NCBI GenBank assembly: GCA_016618085.1
Contig: JABLTG010000141.1
Span: 1-54,046, forward strand
From: Neovahlkampfia damariscottae
Taxonomy: Eukaryota
Reading direction: 5' to 3'
Length of the DNA: 54,046 nucleotides
Shown here: positions 13,314 to 25,822 of the stretch, in pieces
How positions within the stretch are numbered: position 1 is the first letter of the stretch
How the letters are laid out: every line of letters begins with the position of its first letter
The notes under the pieces: generated by a model
Told to the model about the DNA's origin: nothing
The model's database searches: none
What the model saw: only the letters and a program-made list of their open reading frames with translations
Made by a program: the position numbers and the translations under genes

Positions 13314-13405
13314 ACATTTTTTTTAAAGATATTTCTTGAAGTTGATTGGATAAAGTATCGACTGTTTCCATTGGTTTTTCACTCCGAAAAGTTTTGCACC
13401 ATAGA

Positions 13406-15390
13406 ATGACGAGTTTGTGTCCAAAACTTTTTTCTTCAAAACCAGAAACTGATGAATATGATGATAAAACATTGAAGTCAAAGTTTTTCAATTTACTCAA
13501 AACCTTAAAATCACATTTTTTTTTAATAATTAAATTCTTACCATATTTATGGCCAAAAGGAAAGTATGATATTCAATTAAGAGTTGTATTATCATTAGCA
13601 TTTTTAGGAATTTCAAAAGCTATTGGTTTAGCTACACCATTTGCTTATAAAAGTGCTGTAGATACCTTAGGAGTTAGAGGAGATATTTCTTTTCCATGGA
13701 TAGCTATTTTACTTTATGGTCTTGGAAAAATGGGTGATATTTTGTTCAAAAATTTAGTAGACACATCATTTGTTGCTGTAACTCAAAATGCTTTGAAAGA
13801 TGCAAATTTAGAGACATGTAACAATTTTAACTTTTTTTTAACACAATTCTTTATTAGTTGAACACTTGTATCATTTGTCTTTGAATTTTCATATTTCCAA
13901 AAAAACAGGAAGTTTATTACAAATTATTGAAAGAGGAACAAGAGCTATGTCCAGTCTTTGTCAATTTATGTTAATGAATATCCTCCCAATTATTTTAGAA
14001 CTTACATTGGTTTGTATTTTGTTTTCAGTTCGTTATATTTTCTGGATCACTTTAGTTGTTGTTGTAGATGTATTTTTATACATTTCTTTCACTTTATCTG
14101 TTACAGAATGGTAAAACAAAATAAAACTAACAAATACAAAGGAGAACAAAGTTCAGAAGAGAAATGAATAAAAATGAAAATCAAGCAAATGAAAAAGCAG
14201 TTGATGCATTAATCAATTATGAAACTGTGAAATATTATACAGCAGAAGAACATGAAAAAGCAAGATATCAAAAATCATTAGAAGGATATAATTACAGTGC
14301 ACAAAAATCAACAGTTTCTTTAGGTGTTTTAAATGTTGGTCAGGCAATAATTATAGCTTTGGGAACCACAGGAGTTATGTTATTAACAGCTTATGAAGTC
14401 ACCATTGGTAATACAACTGTTGGTGATTTTGTATTGGTCAATACATTTATGCTTCAAATTTATACACCACTGAATTTTCTTGGAACTGCATATCGTTTAA
14501 TTAAACAAGCATTGGTTGATATGGAACAAATGTTTGATTTATTGAAACAAAATCCGGATGTCAAAGATCCAGAAAACCCACTTGAATTCAATCCAACTAA
14601 AGGAGAAATTGTTTTTGATAATGTTGTTTTTGGATATGGAGATGATGAAAGTAATCCAGTTTTGAAAGGAGTTTCATTCAAAGTACCAGCAGGAAAACAA
14701 TTGGCTGTTGTTGGGTCATCAGGTGCAGGAAAAAGTACCTTAGGAAAATTGTTATTCAGATTTTATGATGTGACATCAGGTTCTATTAGAATTGATGGTG
14801 TTGATATTTCAGATGTCAAACAATCTGATTTACGTAGACATATTGGAATTGTACCACAAGATACTGTTTTATTCAATGACACAATTAGATATAACATTAA
14901 CTATGGAAATCAAAATGCATCTGATATTGAAGTTCAAGAAGCTGCTACTGTTGCAAAAGTTTCCAAATTCATTGAAAAATTGCCTGAAGGATGGGAAACT
15001 AAAGTCGGCGAACGTGGATTGAGATTATCTGGTGGAGAAAAACAAAGGGTTGCAATTGCAAGAGCAGTCTTAAAAAATCCACCAATAATGTTATTTGATG
15101 AAGCCACAAGCGCCTTAGATACGAATACCGAAAAAGAAATTCAAGATTCTTTGAGAGATGTCTTTAAAGGAAAAACAACTACTATTATTTTAGCTCATAG
15201 ATTATCAACAATTATTGATAGTGATGAAATTATTGTCATGAAAAATGGACAAATTGCAGAGAGAGGCGATCATGATTCTTTATTAGAATTGAATGGAGAA
15301 TATGCACTTCTTTGGAATAAACAAATGCAAAAAAGTGAAGAAAGATTAAAAGCGAAACAAGAAAATATAGAAGAAATTGAAATTGAATAA
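13406..15390 (+). CDS. ABCB half-transporter, ATM1/ABCB6/HMT1 group (2 introns)
   Basis: PYLWPK, IERGT, NYETVKY, GSSGAGKST, VGERGLRLSGGEKQR, FDEATSALD. Confidence 0.95.
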
Positions 15391-15473
15391 AAATTCTCAT
15401 AAAAATCAATCTAGTTTCCAACTCCATTTGATTGGTTTATTTCACAAACATTTTTCTGAACTTGTTAACAAAA

Positions 15474-16163
15474 ATGAACATTCAACCACCTCCAGAAATA
15501 CCCAAAAATGAAATCTCATTAACTCAAAGATTAAAGAATATGAGGACATATCTTAGAACAAGAAGACCTCCAACAAATTTTCAACTAAATTTTACCTTGA
15601 CAAGTTCGACGTTGGGTTTTTGTACTGGTTTATTGACTTTGAATAGATTTCTTCAAGAAAAAAGAATTTCAAAAGAAAGAAGACTTGATAAACAAGTCAA
15701 TATTGCTCTGGATAAAATTATCAACAAATTTGAAAGAACAGAAGTGACAAAATCGTTGTACAAAATTTCCAAATATAAAAGAAAAAAATTAGCAAATTAT
15801 TACTTTCCATATTGTTTGATATATCCAAAACCTTCAGATAGAGATTGGTCAAGTATGTGGTTCAACGAAATGAACTCAAAAAATGAACAAGCAATTGAAG
15901 TTGATGATTTGCGGAGAAATTTGAAAGGATTTTTTTATTTTTTGAAACATAGTTATGAAAGAAATCCAAAGAGAAAACATGAGTTTCAAGAGATTTTACA
16001 TGATGATCCAGTGAACAAAGATACTGTGGTAAAATTTTTGGAATTAGTTGAACCATTGGACATAATGAGATGTCAAAAAAATGAAAATTGTATCTGGGAA
16101 AGAGATGCTCCACATATCTATGAGTGGTTAAGGAATATCTATAAAGAAGATTTGAATGAATAA
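15474..16163 (+). CDS. Hypothetical protein, tandem paralog A
   Basis: Long ORF, colinear with the next gene (TRRPPTNF, YERNPKR, CIWE.DAPHIY.WL). Confidence 0.8.
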   Translation: MNIQPPPEIPKNEISLTQRLKNMRTYLRTRRPPTNFQLNFTLTSSTLGFCTGLLTLNRFLQEKRISKERRLDKQVNIALDKIINKFERTEVTKSLYKISKYKRKKLANYYFPYCLIYPKPSDRDWSSMWFNEMNSKNEQAIEVDDLRRNLKGFFYFLKHSYERNPKRKHEFQEILHDDPVNKDTVVKFLELVEPLDIMRCQKNENCIWERDAPHIYEWLRNIYKEDLNE

Positions 16164-16202
16164 AACGTAAATTTTATTGGTCAATTTTTTTTGTTGAACG
16201 AA

Positions 16203-16886
16203 ATGTCGGAATCACTGTTACTGAGGAAATGTCAAAAATTCAAAAAACATATTTTCACAAGAAGACCACCAACAAATTTTTTTCTTCACTTCACATTGAC
16301 AGCAGGTTTGAAAACAACAATTTTTAATTTCAAACAAGGATGGCTAAGTCTGACCACAGGTTTATTGACTTTAAAAGCTTTTATAACAGCTAGTAATGAA
16401 GAAGAAGAAAGAGTTTTAGATATGAAAGTTGAAAATTCAATTGAAAAAATCAACGACAAATTTTCAAGAACGGAAGTTGTGAAAAATTTAAGCATCATAT
16501 CAAAATATCAAAGAAAATTGATGGAACCTCCTTCATTTCCATTCTCTTTGTATTATTCAGATCCAAAAGGCGAAGAATGGGCGAAAATATGGTTTGACCA
16601 GAGAAAAGTTGACAATGAAGAAGCTTTAGATATTGATAATATCAGAAAAGAACTACGTTCTTTATTTAATTCAGTAAAAGTTGTATATGAAAGAAATCCA
16701 AAAAGAGAATCTGAATTTGAAGAATTTTTACATCAAGAACCATTGAACAAAGAAATTGTTGAAAATTTTTTGAATTTAGTTCAACCGATGGACATGCAGA
16801 GATGCTTTCATAAGAAAAGTTGCATTTGGGAAAAAGATGCACCACACATTTACGGTTGGTTAAAGAAAATGTACAAAATAAATTGA
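16203..16886 (+). CDS. Hypothetical protein, tandem paralog B (33-nt intron 16306-16338)
   Basis: Aligns without gaps to paralog A in this region once the GT-AG insert is removed. Confidence 0.8.
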   Translation: MSESLLLRKCQKFKKHIFTRRPPTNFFLHFTLTAGLKTTIFNFKQGWLSLTTGLLTLKAFITASNEEEERVLDMKVENSIEKINDKFSRTEVVKNLSIISKYQRKLMEPPSFPFSLYYSDPKGEEWAKIWFDQRKVDNEEALDIDNIRKELRSLFNSVKVVYERNPKRESEFEEFLHQEPLNKEIVENFLNLVQPMDMQRCFHKKSCIWEKDAPHIYGWLKKMYKIN

Positions 16887-17054
16887 GATTCAAATATTAT
16901 TTATTGAAATTGGATTTTGGAAAACAAAATTTCTTGTTTTTGATCAAAAAGCCGAATTTGGAAAAATTCTTTTTGTCGTCTTTCAATCAAATTTTTATAT
17001 TTGAACAATAGATTTTCCAAATTCAGCAAAAATCCAAAAACGTGCACGAAACTG

Positions 17055-18509
17055 ATGTGTTGGAAAACTCAAGTTGTTGATGCGTTTAGCCAAATCCAAA
17101 ACCCACAATACATCAAGAAGAAACATGGGAAGATCAACAGCTCAACATTAGATGCACTTTTTGAACCACATGGCTCGGCCAATGTTGCAACTCCAAACTT
17201 GTCGTTGGAAAATTTTTTTTCTTTATTTCAAGTTAAATACAAAGTACTTGATTTTAAAAACTCAGACATTTTCATCAATTCAATTAAAACCACGTACAAA
17301 GTCGAAAAACTGTTTTCCGTTGTGGAAAAATTTGAGATCAAATTGGTGCTTGAAAACGTGGTTAAATACTACGGAACTGATATGCTCACATTTCAATACA
17401 TAAAAATTGACTTAGTAGAACTTTTAGAAAACCAAAATCTTCAAATTAGCCTTTTTTTTAAGTTATACAGAAAAAATGTAAAGATTCACTTTTGGACGAC
17501 AACACCTTTACCAGAATGTAGCTCTGGAGATGCTATCACTTTAAAATCAGAATTGGTAAAATTTAAAACCTTTCCGATGATCTTTGATTACTTTCCGAAC
17601 TTGAAACAATCAAAGTTTTTATCTGAATATTTCCAATTTAGACATAGTATCAAATTTCAACTTACTGCTATTCTAGACGTAAATTCATTTAAAATTGAAG
17701 AACTTTTTGTTGAAAATTCAATCAGTTTCATTTACAACACTGTCAAGTTCATTTCAAATTTTATCATTTTATCACAACAATCACTCATTCATTATTTTAT
17801 GCTTCCAATCGAAAATGAAGATTCATTAGATATTAAAATACAATTATTAGAATCTAATGATGAAGATATTACTATCACCTACGAGAATCTTCCGATAAAA
17901 AAAAATGAATTTTTCACAGAAAGTATGAATAAACAAATTTCAGATGTTCAAAAAATGTTACCATCAATGTACTCAAATTGTGATAGAAAAGTTGGATATT
18001 ATTCAAAATTTGATAAAAATTACAAATTCATTGAAACTTATGTCACAAAAATTTCAATTTTTTTGAATCCAAAATTGTGCATAGAAATCGAAAAAGATAG
18101 AAAAGAAAAATTAAATTATAAAATGAAAACTGGTAAAAATTTCTTAAGATCATTCAATTTAAATGATGATTTTCAATCAAATTCATTTATCAGATGTGGA
18201 ATTCTTGTTTACATGATTATCAATGATGTTTCAGTAAAAAAAATTGATAATGAAAAGTTAGATTTATTAAAGGGTAAAATGATTATCAAAAAATCACATT
18301 TATCTTTTGAAAAAAATATATTCACCATTTCAGGTGATTTTGAAAAAGAAACATTTATCCTTCGTATTCCAATGCATCAAAGAGATTCAATTGAATTTTA
18401 TATTTCAAATCTTTTTAATTCTGTGACTGATTTGAAAGAAAATATCACAGTCAAACCAACTGAAAAAATGAAAGATGTTCATTTTCGTTTTAGAGACTTT
18501 GTAAAATAA
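17055..18509 (+). CDS. Hypothetical protein, intronless, start uncertain
   Basis: About 480-codon ORF in AT-rich DNA; no motif recognised. Confidence 0.65.
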   Translation: MCWKTQVVDAFSQIQNPQYIKKKHGKINSSTLDALFEPHGSANVATPNLSLENFFSLFQVKYKVLDFKNSDIFINSIKTTYKVEKLFSVVEKFEIKLVLENVVKYYGTDMLTFQYIKIDLVELLENQNLQISLFFKLYRKNVKIHFWTTTPLPECSSGDAITLKSELVKFKTFPMIFDYFPNLKQSKFLSEYFQFRHSIKFQLTAILDVNSFKIEELFVENSISFIYNTVKFISNFIILSQQSLIHYFMLPIENEDSLDIKIQLLESNDEDITITYENLPIKKNEFFTESMNKQISDVQKMLPSMYSNCDRKVGYYSKFDKNYKFIETYVTKISIFLNPKLCIEIEKDRKEKLNYKMKTGKNFLRSFNLNDDFQSNSFIRCGILVYMIINDVSVKKIDNEKLDLLKGKMIIKKSHLSFEKNIFTISGDFEKETFILRIPMHQRDSIEFYISNLFNSVTDLKENITVKPTEKMKDVHFRFRDFVK

Positions 18510-18583
18510 TTCAAAAATAAAACTTATTTATATTATTTTTTGATGTTGATAAAAAAGGTCAATAGATTTATCCAATCAGATCA

Positions 18584-20236
18584 ATGTTTCGTTTTGCAAA
18601 AAAGTTGAGTTTGGTGACTCGTTCTAAAACCAACTTAATTGATAATAAGAGCAAAACAAAAATATTATGTACTTTAGGTCCAGCAAGTGAATCAAAAGAA
18701 GTTTTAGAAGATATGATGGAAATTGGAATGGACGCTGTTAGATTCAATTTTTCTCATGGTTCACATGAATCCCACATTGAAAGATTCAAATTAATACGTG
18801 AAACAGCAACTAGATTGTCAAAACAAATTTCTATTCTTTGTGATATTCAAGGTCCAAAAATTAGAGTTGGAGAAATGGAAAACCCTGTGACACTTGTCAA
18901 AGACCAAATTATTAATGTCACTTCAGATGATTGTTTTTATTGTTTATTTTTAATATTTTGGTTCAGGTGTTGGAAATGAAAAGAGATTTCATATTTCTTA
19001 TCCTTTGTTAGCTCAAGATTTGGTTAAGGATGATAGAATTTTTATTAATGACGGTATAGTTGAATTAATTGTTATTGGGAAAGAAAATAATGATTTGATA
19101 TGCCTGGTTATCACAGGCGGCATTGTATCAGATCGTAAAGGATGTAACAAAAATACTTTTTCACAATTTTTTTAAAAGGTAATTTACCTTCTGGGAATTT
19201 GGCCATTGATGTATTAACTGAAAAAGATAAGGTAGATTTAAAATTGATTGCAAAATTAAACCCAGAATTCATTGCTGCAAGCTTTGGTAATTCAAAAATA
19301 CAAAAATTTTAAAATTATCAAGTTGGTAAAGCTGAAGATGTATTTAAAATTAGAAATTATTTAAAATCTGTTGGGAATGATAAAATTAAAATCATTTCAA
19401 AAATTGAAAGACCTGCCGCTGTTGAAAATATTGATGGAATCATTCATGCAAGTGATGGAATTATGGTTGCAAGAGGAGATTTAGGAGTTGAGGTTTGAAA
19501 TAATAGAAACTAAAATTTTGAGATTCCTGTTCATAAAGTACCAAGAATTCAAAAAGAAATAGTTAAAAAAGCAAATAAACTTGGTGTATATTCAATAATT
19601 GCAACTCAAATGTTAGAATCAATGACAACAAATTCAAGACCCACAAGAGCAGAAACGAATGATGTTTACAATGCCGTACTTGATGGAGCTGATGCAGTCA
19701 TGTTATCTGGTGAAACTTCAGTCGGATTTGATCCTGTAAATGTTGTTAGAACAATGGATGAAATTGTATTTGAAGCAGAAAAAAATATTCCTAGAATTCA
19801 TTCACATGAATACGATTCTAACAGAGGATACTTAATTGAGACATTTGGACATCTTTGTTTTACATTATCCAAGTTATTTGCAAGAAATAACTGGAAAGGT
19901 AAAATTATCATTTTTACAAAATCTGGTTATACTGCATCAATGGTCTCAAAATTTAGACCTCCACTTGATTTGATAATTTTAACATCATCAGACAGAGTTG
20001 TAAATGAAACAAGTTTGTTATGGGGTGTAAGAGCAATGAAAATTAAGACTTTAGAATCACATGATGAACAATTTAAATTGGATGCTATTAAAGAATGTCA
20101 TGAATCAGGTTTATTTGATTCTGATGATACTCATGTTGGAATGATAAGTAGTTCAATTTATCAACCAGATATGGGACATGCATTATCTATTTATGACTTA
20201 AAAAAAGTCAAGAATCATGAAAAATATAAAAAATAA
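18584..20236 (+). CDS. PYK: Pyruvate kinase with basic N-terminal extension (4 introns)
   Basis: [62 protein letters not shown]. Confidence 0.96.
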
Positions 20237-20287
20237 ATGAAATTTTTATCCAATCATTTTTGTTTATTTGTAAAAGTTGATCTGAAA

Positions 20288-20749
20288 ATGGAAGAAGAAA
20301 GAGAAAAACGAAAAATCGAATTAGTGGATATACAAGAAGAATTAGATTATAAAAAGAGAAAACTTTCACCAGAACTTCAAAAAACCACTGATTTGATACC
20401 TCCAGATTACTATAATCAAATAATGTTACAAAAAGTCAAAATAAAATATAATATTTTGAAAAAAGAAAGAAGACCTAAAATCTTAAAATTAAAACAACCA
20501 ATATTAGATGAAAAAAAACGAGAAATTGAACAAGAATTAAATCGACATTTTGAGTTTTTAAAAGCACTGGATATGTTTTCTTATCAAGACACATATTATT
20601 TGTATGTTTTAATAGTAGCTGAATGTGAAGTTGAAAATGAAAGACTTCACTTAAAATTTGAATTTGAAAAAAATGCATTTGAAAGAAAATGTAAATTTGT
20701 AGGTGCTGCAGATAAGAAAACACCAAATGAGCCAACTCTTTGGTTTTAA
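20288..20749 (+). CDS. Hypothetical charged protein
   Basis: ORF with ATG downstream of CCAAT at about 20250; NLS-like KKRK; possible in-frame intron. Confidence 0.55.
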   Translation: MEEEREKRKIELVDIQEELDYKKRKLSPELQKTTDLIPPDYYNQIMLQKVKIKYNILKKERRPKILKLKQPILDEKKREIEQELNRHFEFLKALDMFSYQDTYYLYVLIVAECEVENERLHLKFEFEKNAFERKCKFVGAADKKTPNEPTLWF

Positions 20750-20758
20750 TAAATAATT

Positions 20759-21815
20759 TTATTCAGTGTAAACAATTGGTTTTAAATAACATTGATTTTC
20801 TGATTGGTAACCTGGAAATATTGTAAAAATAGAAATATTCCTGGAATCACAATCTTCGTATGATTCAACTTCATTTTTATCAAATTTACCATTTGGAACC
20901 TCATAATATTCTGAACCAGCATAGAACATTCTCATTTCAATCCATGACATATCAATGAATATTGAAGTCAATCCAAGTTTAAAATTTGAAAAATCCTTCA
21001 ATTGATATTTGATCAATTTTTCATTCAATTTTTCAAGAATTGTATTTAAATATACTTCAAATTTTTTCACTTTTTCTTCATATTTTTCTTCAATTTCTTG
21101 TTCATCCTCTTCATCTTCTTGTGATAAATATGATTTTATTAATTCATCAACTGATTGACTTGTATTTTTTTTTCTATTGAATACAGACATCCAATCATCT
21201 AATTGTTGACTGAGTGTCTTTTCTAATGATTTTTTCATTTCTAAACGATATTTAACACAATGTTGTTGTATTAACATGAATATCTCACTAATGAATTTAA
21301 TTCTTTCTTTTTTTGAACAATTAAGTAAAAGATCTTTTAACATTGCATCAAATTGACTGAATGTTATATACCTTAATTGATGATATTCTCCTGAAATTCG
21401 GCGATGATCTAAAGATGAAATTTTTACAGGGTTCAACTCTTCATTGATTTTTGTGTAATTCATTAAAAACATGTCATTATTTGGTTGTAAACTAACTAGT
21501 TTTTCATAGACTTCAAGAGCTTCTTTCTGACGATTTAATTTTTCTAATGAAATTGCTTTTCTTTGTAGTGACTAAAATATGAAATTATTTTTTTTTAAGA
21601 TTTACCTTGATGTAATTTGGATCTATTTGAATAGATTTTTCAGCATTTAATAGAGCTTCTTCATATTTTTCAAGTTTCAAAAATGACATACTAATGTTTG
21701 AATATAGAACTTCTTTTTTCTCATCATAATTCAGAGCTTCAGTGTAATGATCAATAGCTTTGGTAAAATTTTGATTTTTAAATTCTTCATTGCCTTTATT
21801 CTTCAACTCTTCCAT
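20759..21815 (-). CDS. TPR-repeat protein (1 intron)
   Basis: ELKNKGNEEFK...AIDHYTEAL...LYSNIS...IQIDPNYIK, followed by a long second exon. Confidence 0.85.
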
Positions 21816-21930
21816 GCTTTATTATGATACGTTAAAATTTGTCATCCAATCAAACCAATTCATCAAGAATGAACAAAACAATGATGAAAAAAAATTCTTT
21901 TTTTAGTTATTTTTGAGATATTCTTTTCAA

Positions 21931-22923
21931 ATGAACGAAAAAGCAACAAAGTTACTGAAGAAACTATTTGATTGTCCTTCTTCAGAAATAATATTAAAAA
22001 CAAGAAAAGTTGGTTTGAAAACGTTTAAAAATACCTTTCTTGGTATTTCTTAAATTTTAATAATTGTTTCTTTTCTACAGGTGTTGAAGTCATCAAAGAG
22101 GTTTGTGTGATTTATTCTGCATCAAAAGAAGATGCTTGGAAGTATATTCAACTTTTGTTTATAAAATCGAAAATATTCAAAAATATTACCTTATTAAAAC
22201 GTTTTTCATCTGAATTGGATCATATTTTTCAAATATCAAATTCAGTTTTGACTGAAATACCAGAAGATTTTGATTTGACAAAAGAACAACATAAAAGTTT
22301 ATTAAATAGTATATTTACTACAAAAAAAAGCATTCAACTAAAGAGTAGAATGATTAATTCAAAAAATTATCCGAATTGTTTTATTGGTTTCGAAAAAAAT
22401 GAATTAACAATTTTAGGTGGTGAATTGATCACTTTGATTTGTGACGAAATGAAAATAGGGAGATTATCATCCATAAAATTAATACAAAAATATTTCATAA
22501 AATACCACTTAATCGTTTCTTGTCATGAGAAAACAGCATTTGAAGACAATCAATGGTTCAATTTTCAAAATGAAATGATAAATTTAATTCACCAACAAGA
22601 AATAATGAAAGGAAATCTAACATGTTTTCAAGAAGAAAATAGAACTGATTTGTTTTATATTTTGTATTCTAATGGATGTTTTGTTTCATTTTCAAAAAAG
22701 GTTTGTTGTTGATTGGTTGTTTATTTTTTAGGGTGAATTCTTCAATTCAATAAAATTAGACAAAAATGATTCAATAGAAATACTCAAGAATGATGAATTT
22801 CATATTATTGCAGGTGGAATCCCATCAATCAGCAATATTTTCATATATAAAGCAGAAGATAACTTTGATTCATGGGTAAAACATATTTCTGATTTTGTCA
22901 ATTGTAAAAATTCATATCTATAA
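21931..22923 (+). CDS. Tandem DEP-like domains plus PH-like C-terminus (3 introns; end uncertain)
   Basis: RKVGLKTFKNTFLG and RMINSKNYPNCFIG DEP signatures, FEDNQWFNF; terminal FDSWVKHI helix. Confidence 0.6.
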
Positions 22924-23112
22924 GAATTTTGAACTGATATATGTTTCTATAGAATAAAATTCGTCATGTTGTTATAAATACAATTTTTTATCTTAAACCT
23001 AGCATTTTTCACATTCATGAGAAAGAAGACAACACTTGTTGACAAAAAGATATTTGTTGAATGTTGTAAATTCCTTTTTACTTTGATGATACATTTTCGA
23101 TTTTAACCAATC

Positions 23113-23682
23113 ATGTGGATTCAACACAACGTTAAAGTTAAAGCACCAAAAAGAGGTCATCATTTAATAACAAACGAAATTGAAAAACAAATATCAAAAG
23201 ACTTGTCAAAAATTAAAGTTGGATTAGCTCATTTATTCATTCAACATACAAGTGCTGGTTTAACTAGTAAAAAAAAAAATCGAAATTAACAAAAAAAAGT
23301 CAATGAAAACTGTGATAGAGATGTTAGATTGGATATGGAAGATGCTTTAAATTTCATTGCACCTGAAGATCAAGATTATTATCGTCATACAACTGAAGGA
23401 AGTGATGATATGCGTAAAACAAAAAATTGTCAATTAAAACGTTATTTTCAGCTGCTCATGTAAAATCTACACTTGTTGGAAGTTCAATTTCAATTCCAAT
23501 TACAAACGGAAAATTAAATTTAGGTTTCAAAAAAAATTTATATTCACATTTTTCTTTTTTATAGGTACATGGCAAGGAATCTGGTTATGCGAGTAAAATA
23601 AAATATTTAAAGTCTAATATATCATAGGTTTCGTGATTATTGTTCAACAAGGACAATTATTGTTACATTACAAGGTGAATAA
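23113..23682 (+). CDS. yjbQ: YjbQ/UPF0047 family protein (4 introns)
   Basis: RGHHLIT, FIQHTSAGLT|NEN, HTTEGSDDMPAHVKS, LGTWQGIWLCE. Confidence 0.92.
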
Positions 23683-23709
23683 ATTTTTTATTCAAATCGA
23701 AAATAGTTC

Positions 23710-24862
23710 CTAATTTGAATTGAATAGAAAAAACAAATTGTTCAATGATGATAAATTCCCTGATAATTCATACTTTCTTTGTAATGCCAATTCAATATCA
23801 AGGATGAAATTTGACAGATTCAATTCTCTTTGATTCATTTCATCTTTCATCATTTTCAATAGTTGAATTTTGTCCAATCTCCTGAAAACCAATTGATCCA
23901 AACTCTCACACTCAAAATGACCTGATTTCCAATAATCTAAAATATTTTCAAAATGAAATGAATAATCATTGATTTTTTCAAAGTTTGAAGGATCTTTGAT
24001 GAATTTTTCAAATTGCTTTTCAACCTCATTCTCCTCTTTGTTGATGAAAGATTCCTCAATATGGAAATCTAAAAAGAATTTAAAAAAGAACTGTCAAACG
24101 ATTTTTGAAATTAGAATGATAACGTATTAAAGCTTCGTAAAATCTATTGGATAAACAACTACTTTTACAAATGGACAAATGCTCCAATGATAGCAAATGA
24201 AACATCTCTTTTGGAATAATTTCTAAAGAATTCCCATTTAAAGTTAATATTTCTAAAGATCTTAAATTCCAAACTTCTCTTGGTATTATCTTGATTTTGT
24301 TATCCTTCAAAAATAGCATTTTCAAATTTGGCAAATCGAATAGATTCTTTGGTAATATTTCTATTACATTACAATCCAAATCAAGCTCTTTAAGATTTTT
24401 TAATTTCCAAATTTCTTGTGGAATGACTTTTATCATGTTATGGTTGAAATTTAAAGATTGAATTTGAATCAAGTCAAAAATTTCAACTGGAATTTCTTCA
24501 ATGAAATTTCTTTTAAATGATAAATGCACAAGATTTTTTAGGTTTCTAAAACCTTTTGGAATGGTCATTATTTTGTTAAACCCAACATTCAAAATACTCA
24601 ATTTTGGGAGCATGAATAACTCTTCTGGAATATGTTCAATTGCATTGGATGTAACAGAAAGTACTTCTAAATGATGAAGATTTTTGATTCTTTTATCAAT
24701 ATAAGTGATTTTATTCCAACAAAGTGATAAACATATCAATTCTTTCATTTTGAAAACTTCTCCAGGAATTGAAGTGATATTTCGATCAAACAGAGAATGT
24801 GTAATTATACTTGAAGTATCATTAAACAACTCTCTGTTTTTGCTGATGGTGACTTCTTCCAT
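23710..24862 (-). CDS. Leucine-rich repeat protein (1 intron)
   Basis: Repeated 23-aa LxxLxLxxNxIxxIP units; second exon open to 23710. Confidence 0.85.
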
Positions 24863-25220
24863 CTTCAAATTGGTGATCAACAATTTCAACCAATTGTTTC
24901 ATTCAAAAAACCAATTCAAGCAAAATGGATGTATATGATCACACTTCCAATTTCAAAGAATTATCATTGTATATCTGAGAAATGAAAAATGTATCTTCTT
25001 TCAGTTTTGTTTTGTGGATAATTTGTTGTTCATTAACAATATCATTAGTTTCATGTCAATATCCACTGAAGATGTCTTCCTTTGACTTTAGTTGTGAACA
25101 ACATTGTTCTCAAAATTGAACAAGTTTTATTGGTTGTTTTCCTGTAGTCCAATTGGATAATTCTTTCTCTAATTTTTGTTATGGTTGTGTATGAACCTGT
25201 TTCAATCACTGAAAAAAAAA

Positions 25221-25718
25221 ATGTTTACCAACCCAAACTTTAGACGAAAACTATACATAATTTTATTAATAATCATCATCATAACCATTATGACATCGAT
25301 TTATTTATACTCAAATTTATCAACAGATACAACTCATCACTTACACTCAGCTTTTTCAAAAACAAAGCCATCAAAACAAACAGTAGGACATGTAACATGG
25401 AGGTATATGCATACCATGTTATCAAATTTAAAAACAACTCCAAATGGTGAATTATCAGAAGAAGTTAAAAAACGAACAATTGATTTGATCTCATTGGTAC
25501 AACAAAACTTATTTTGTAAAGCATGTTCAGATGATTTTGGTGAATTATTAAAAAAATATCCACCAACTGAATTGAAAACAAAATCTCAATTTGAACAATG
25601 GTTATGTAAACTCCATAACAAAGTAAATAAAAAATTGAAGAAACCAAAATTTGATTGTTCAAAACTTAATGAATATTATCACATTAGTGGATCAGCGTGA
25701 TCCGGAAAAAAGAAATAA
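25221..25718 (+). CDS. Erv2-like FAD sulfhydryl oxidase with signal anchor; ends at TGA 25700 or reads through (Sec) to TAA 25718
   Basis: VGHVTWRYMHT, CKAC, WLCKLHNKVN..LKKPKFDC Erv/ALR motifs; tail HISGSA-TGA-SGKKK-TAA. Confidence 0.9.
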
Positions 25719-25747
25719 AAACCTAAAAAAAAAAAATTTTATGAAAA

Positions 25748-25822
25748 AAAAATTCAAGAAATGAAAATTATTTGATAAATTTTCGGCAAGAAAACTCAAA
25801 TTTAAATTTGAAATTAATTTTT
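25748..25822 (+). promoter_or_regulatory. Candidate form-2 SECIS element
   Basis: ATGA 25761-64; AAA 12 nt later (25777-79); minihelix TTTTC/GAAAA; AATTATTTGA pairs with TCAAAT(tta)AATT; GA at 25810-11; basal helix AAAAATT/AATTTTT. Folded by eye. Confidence 0.55.

Noticed and set aside
25733..25783. Alternative SECIS fold using the ATGA at 25741
   Set aside because: Three mismatches in helix II and only 40 nt from the TGA; the fold at 25761 is better.
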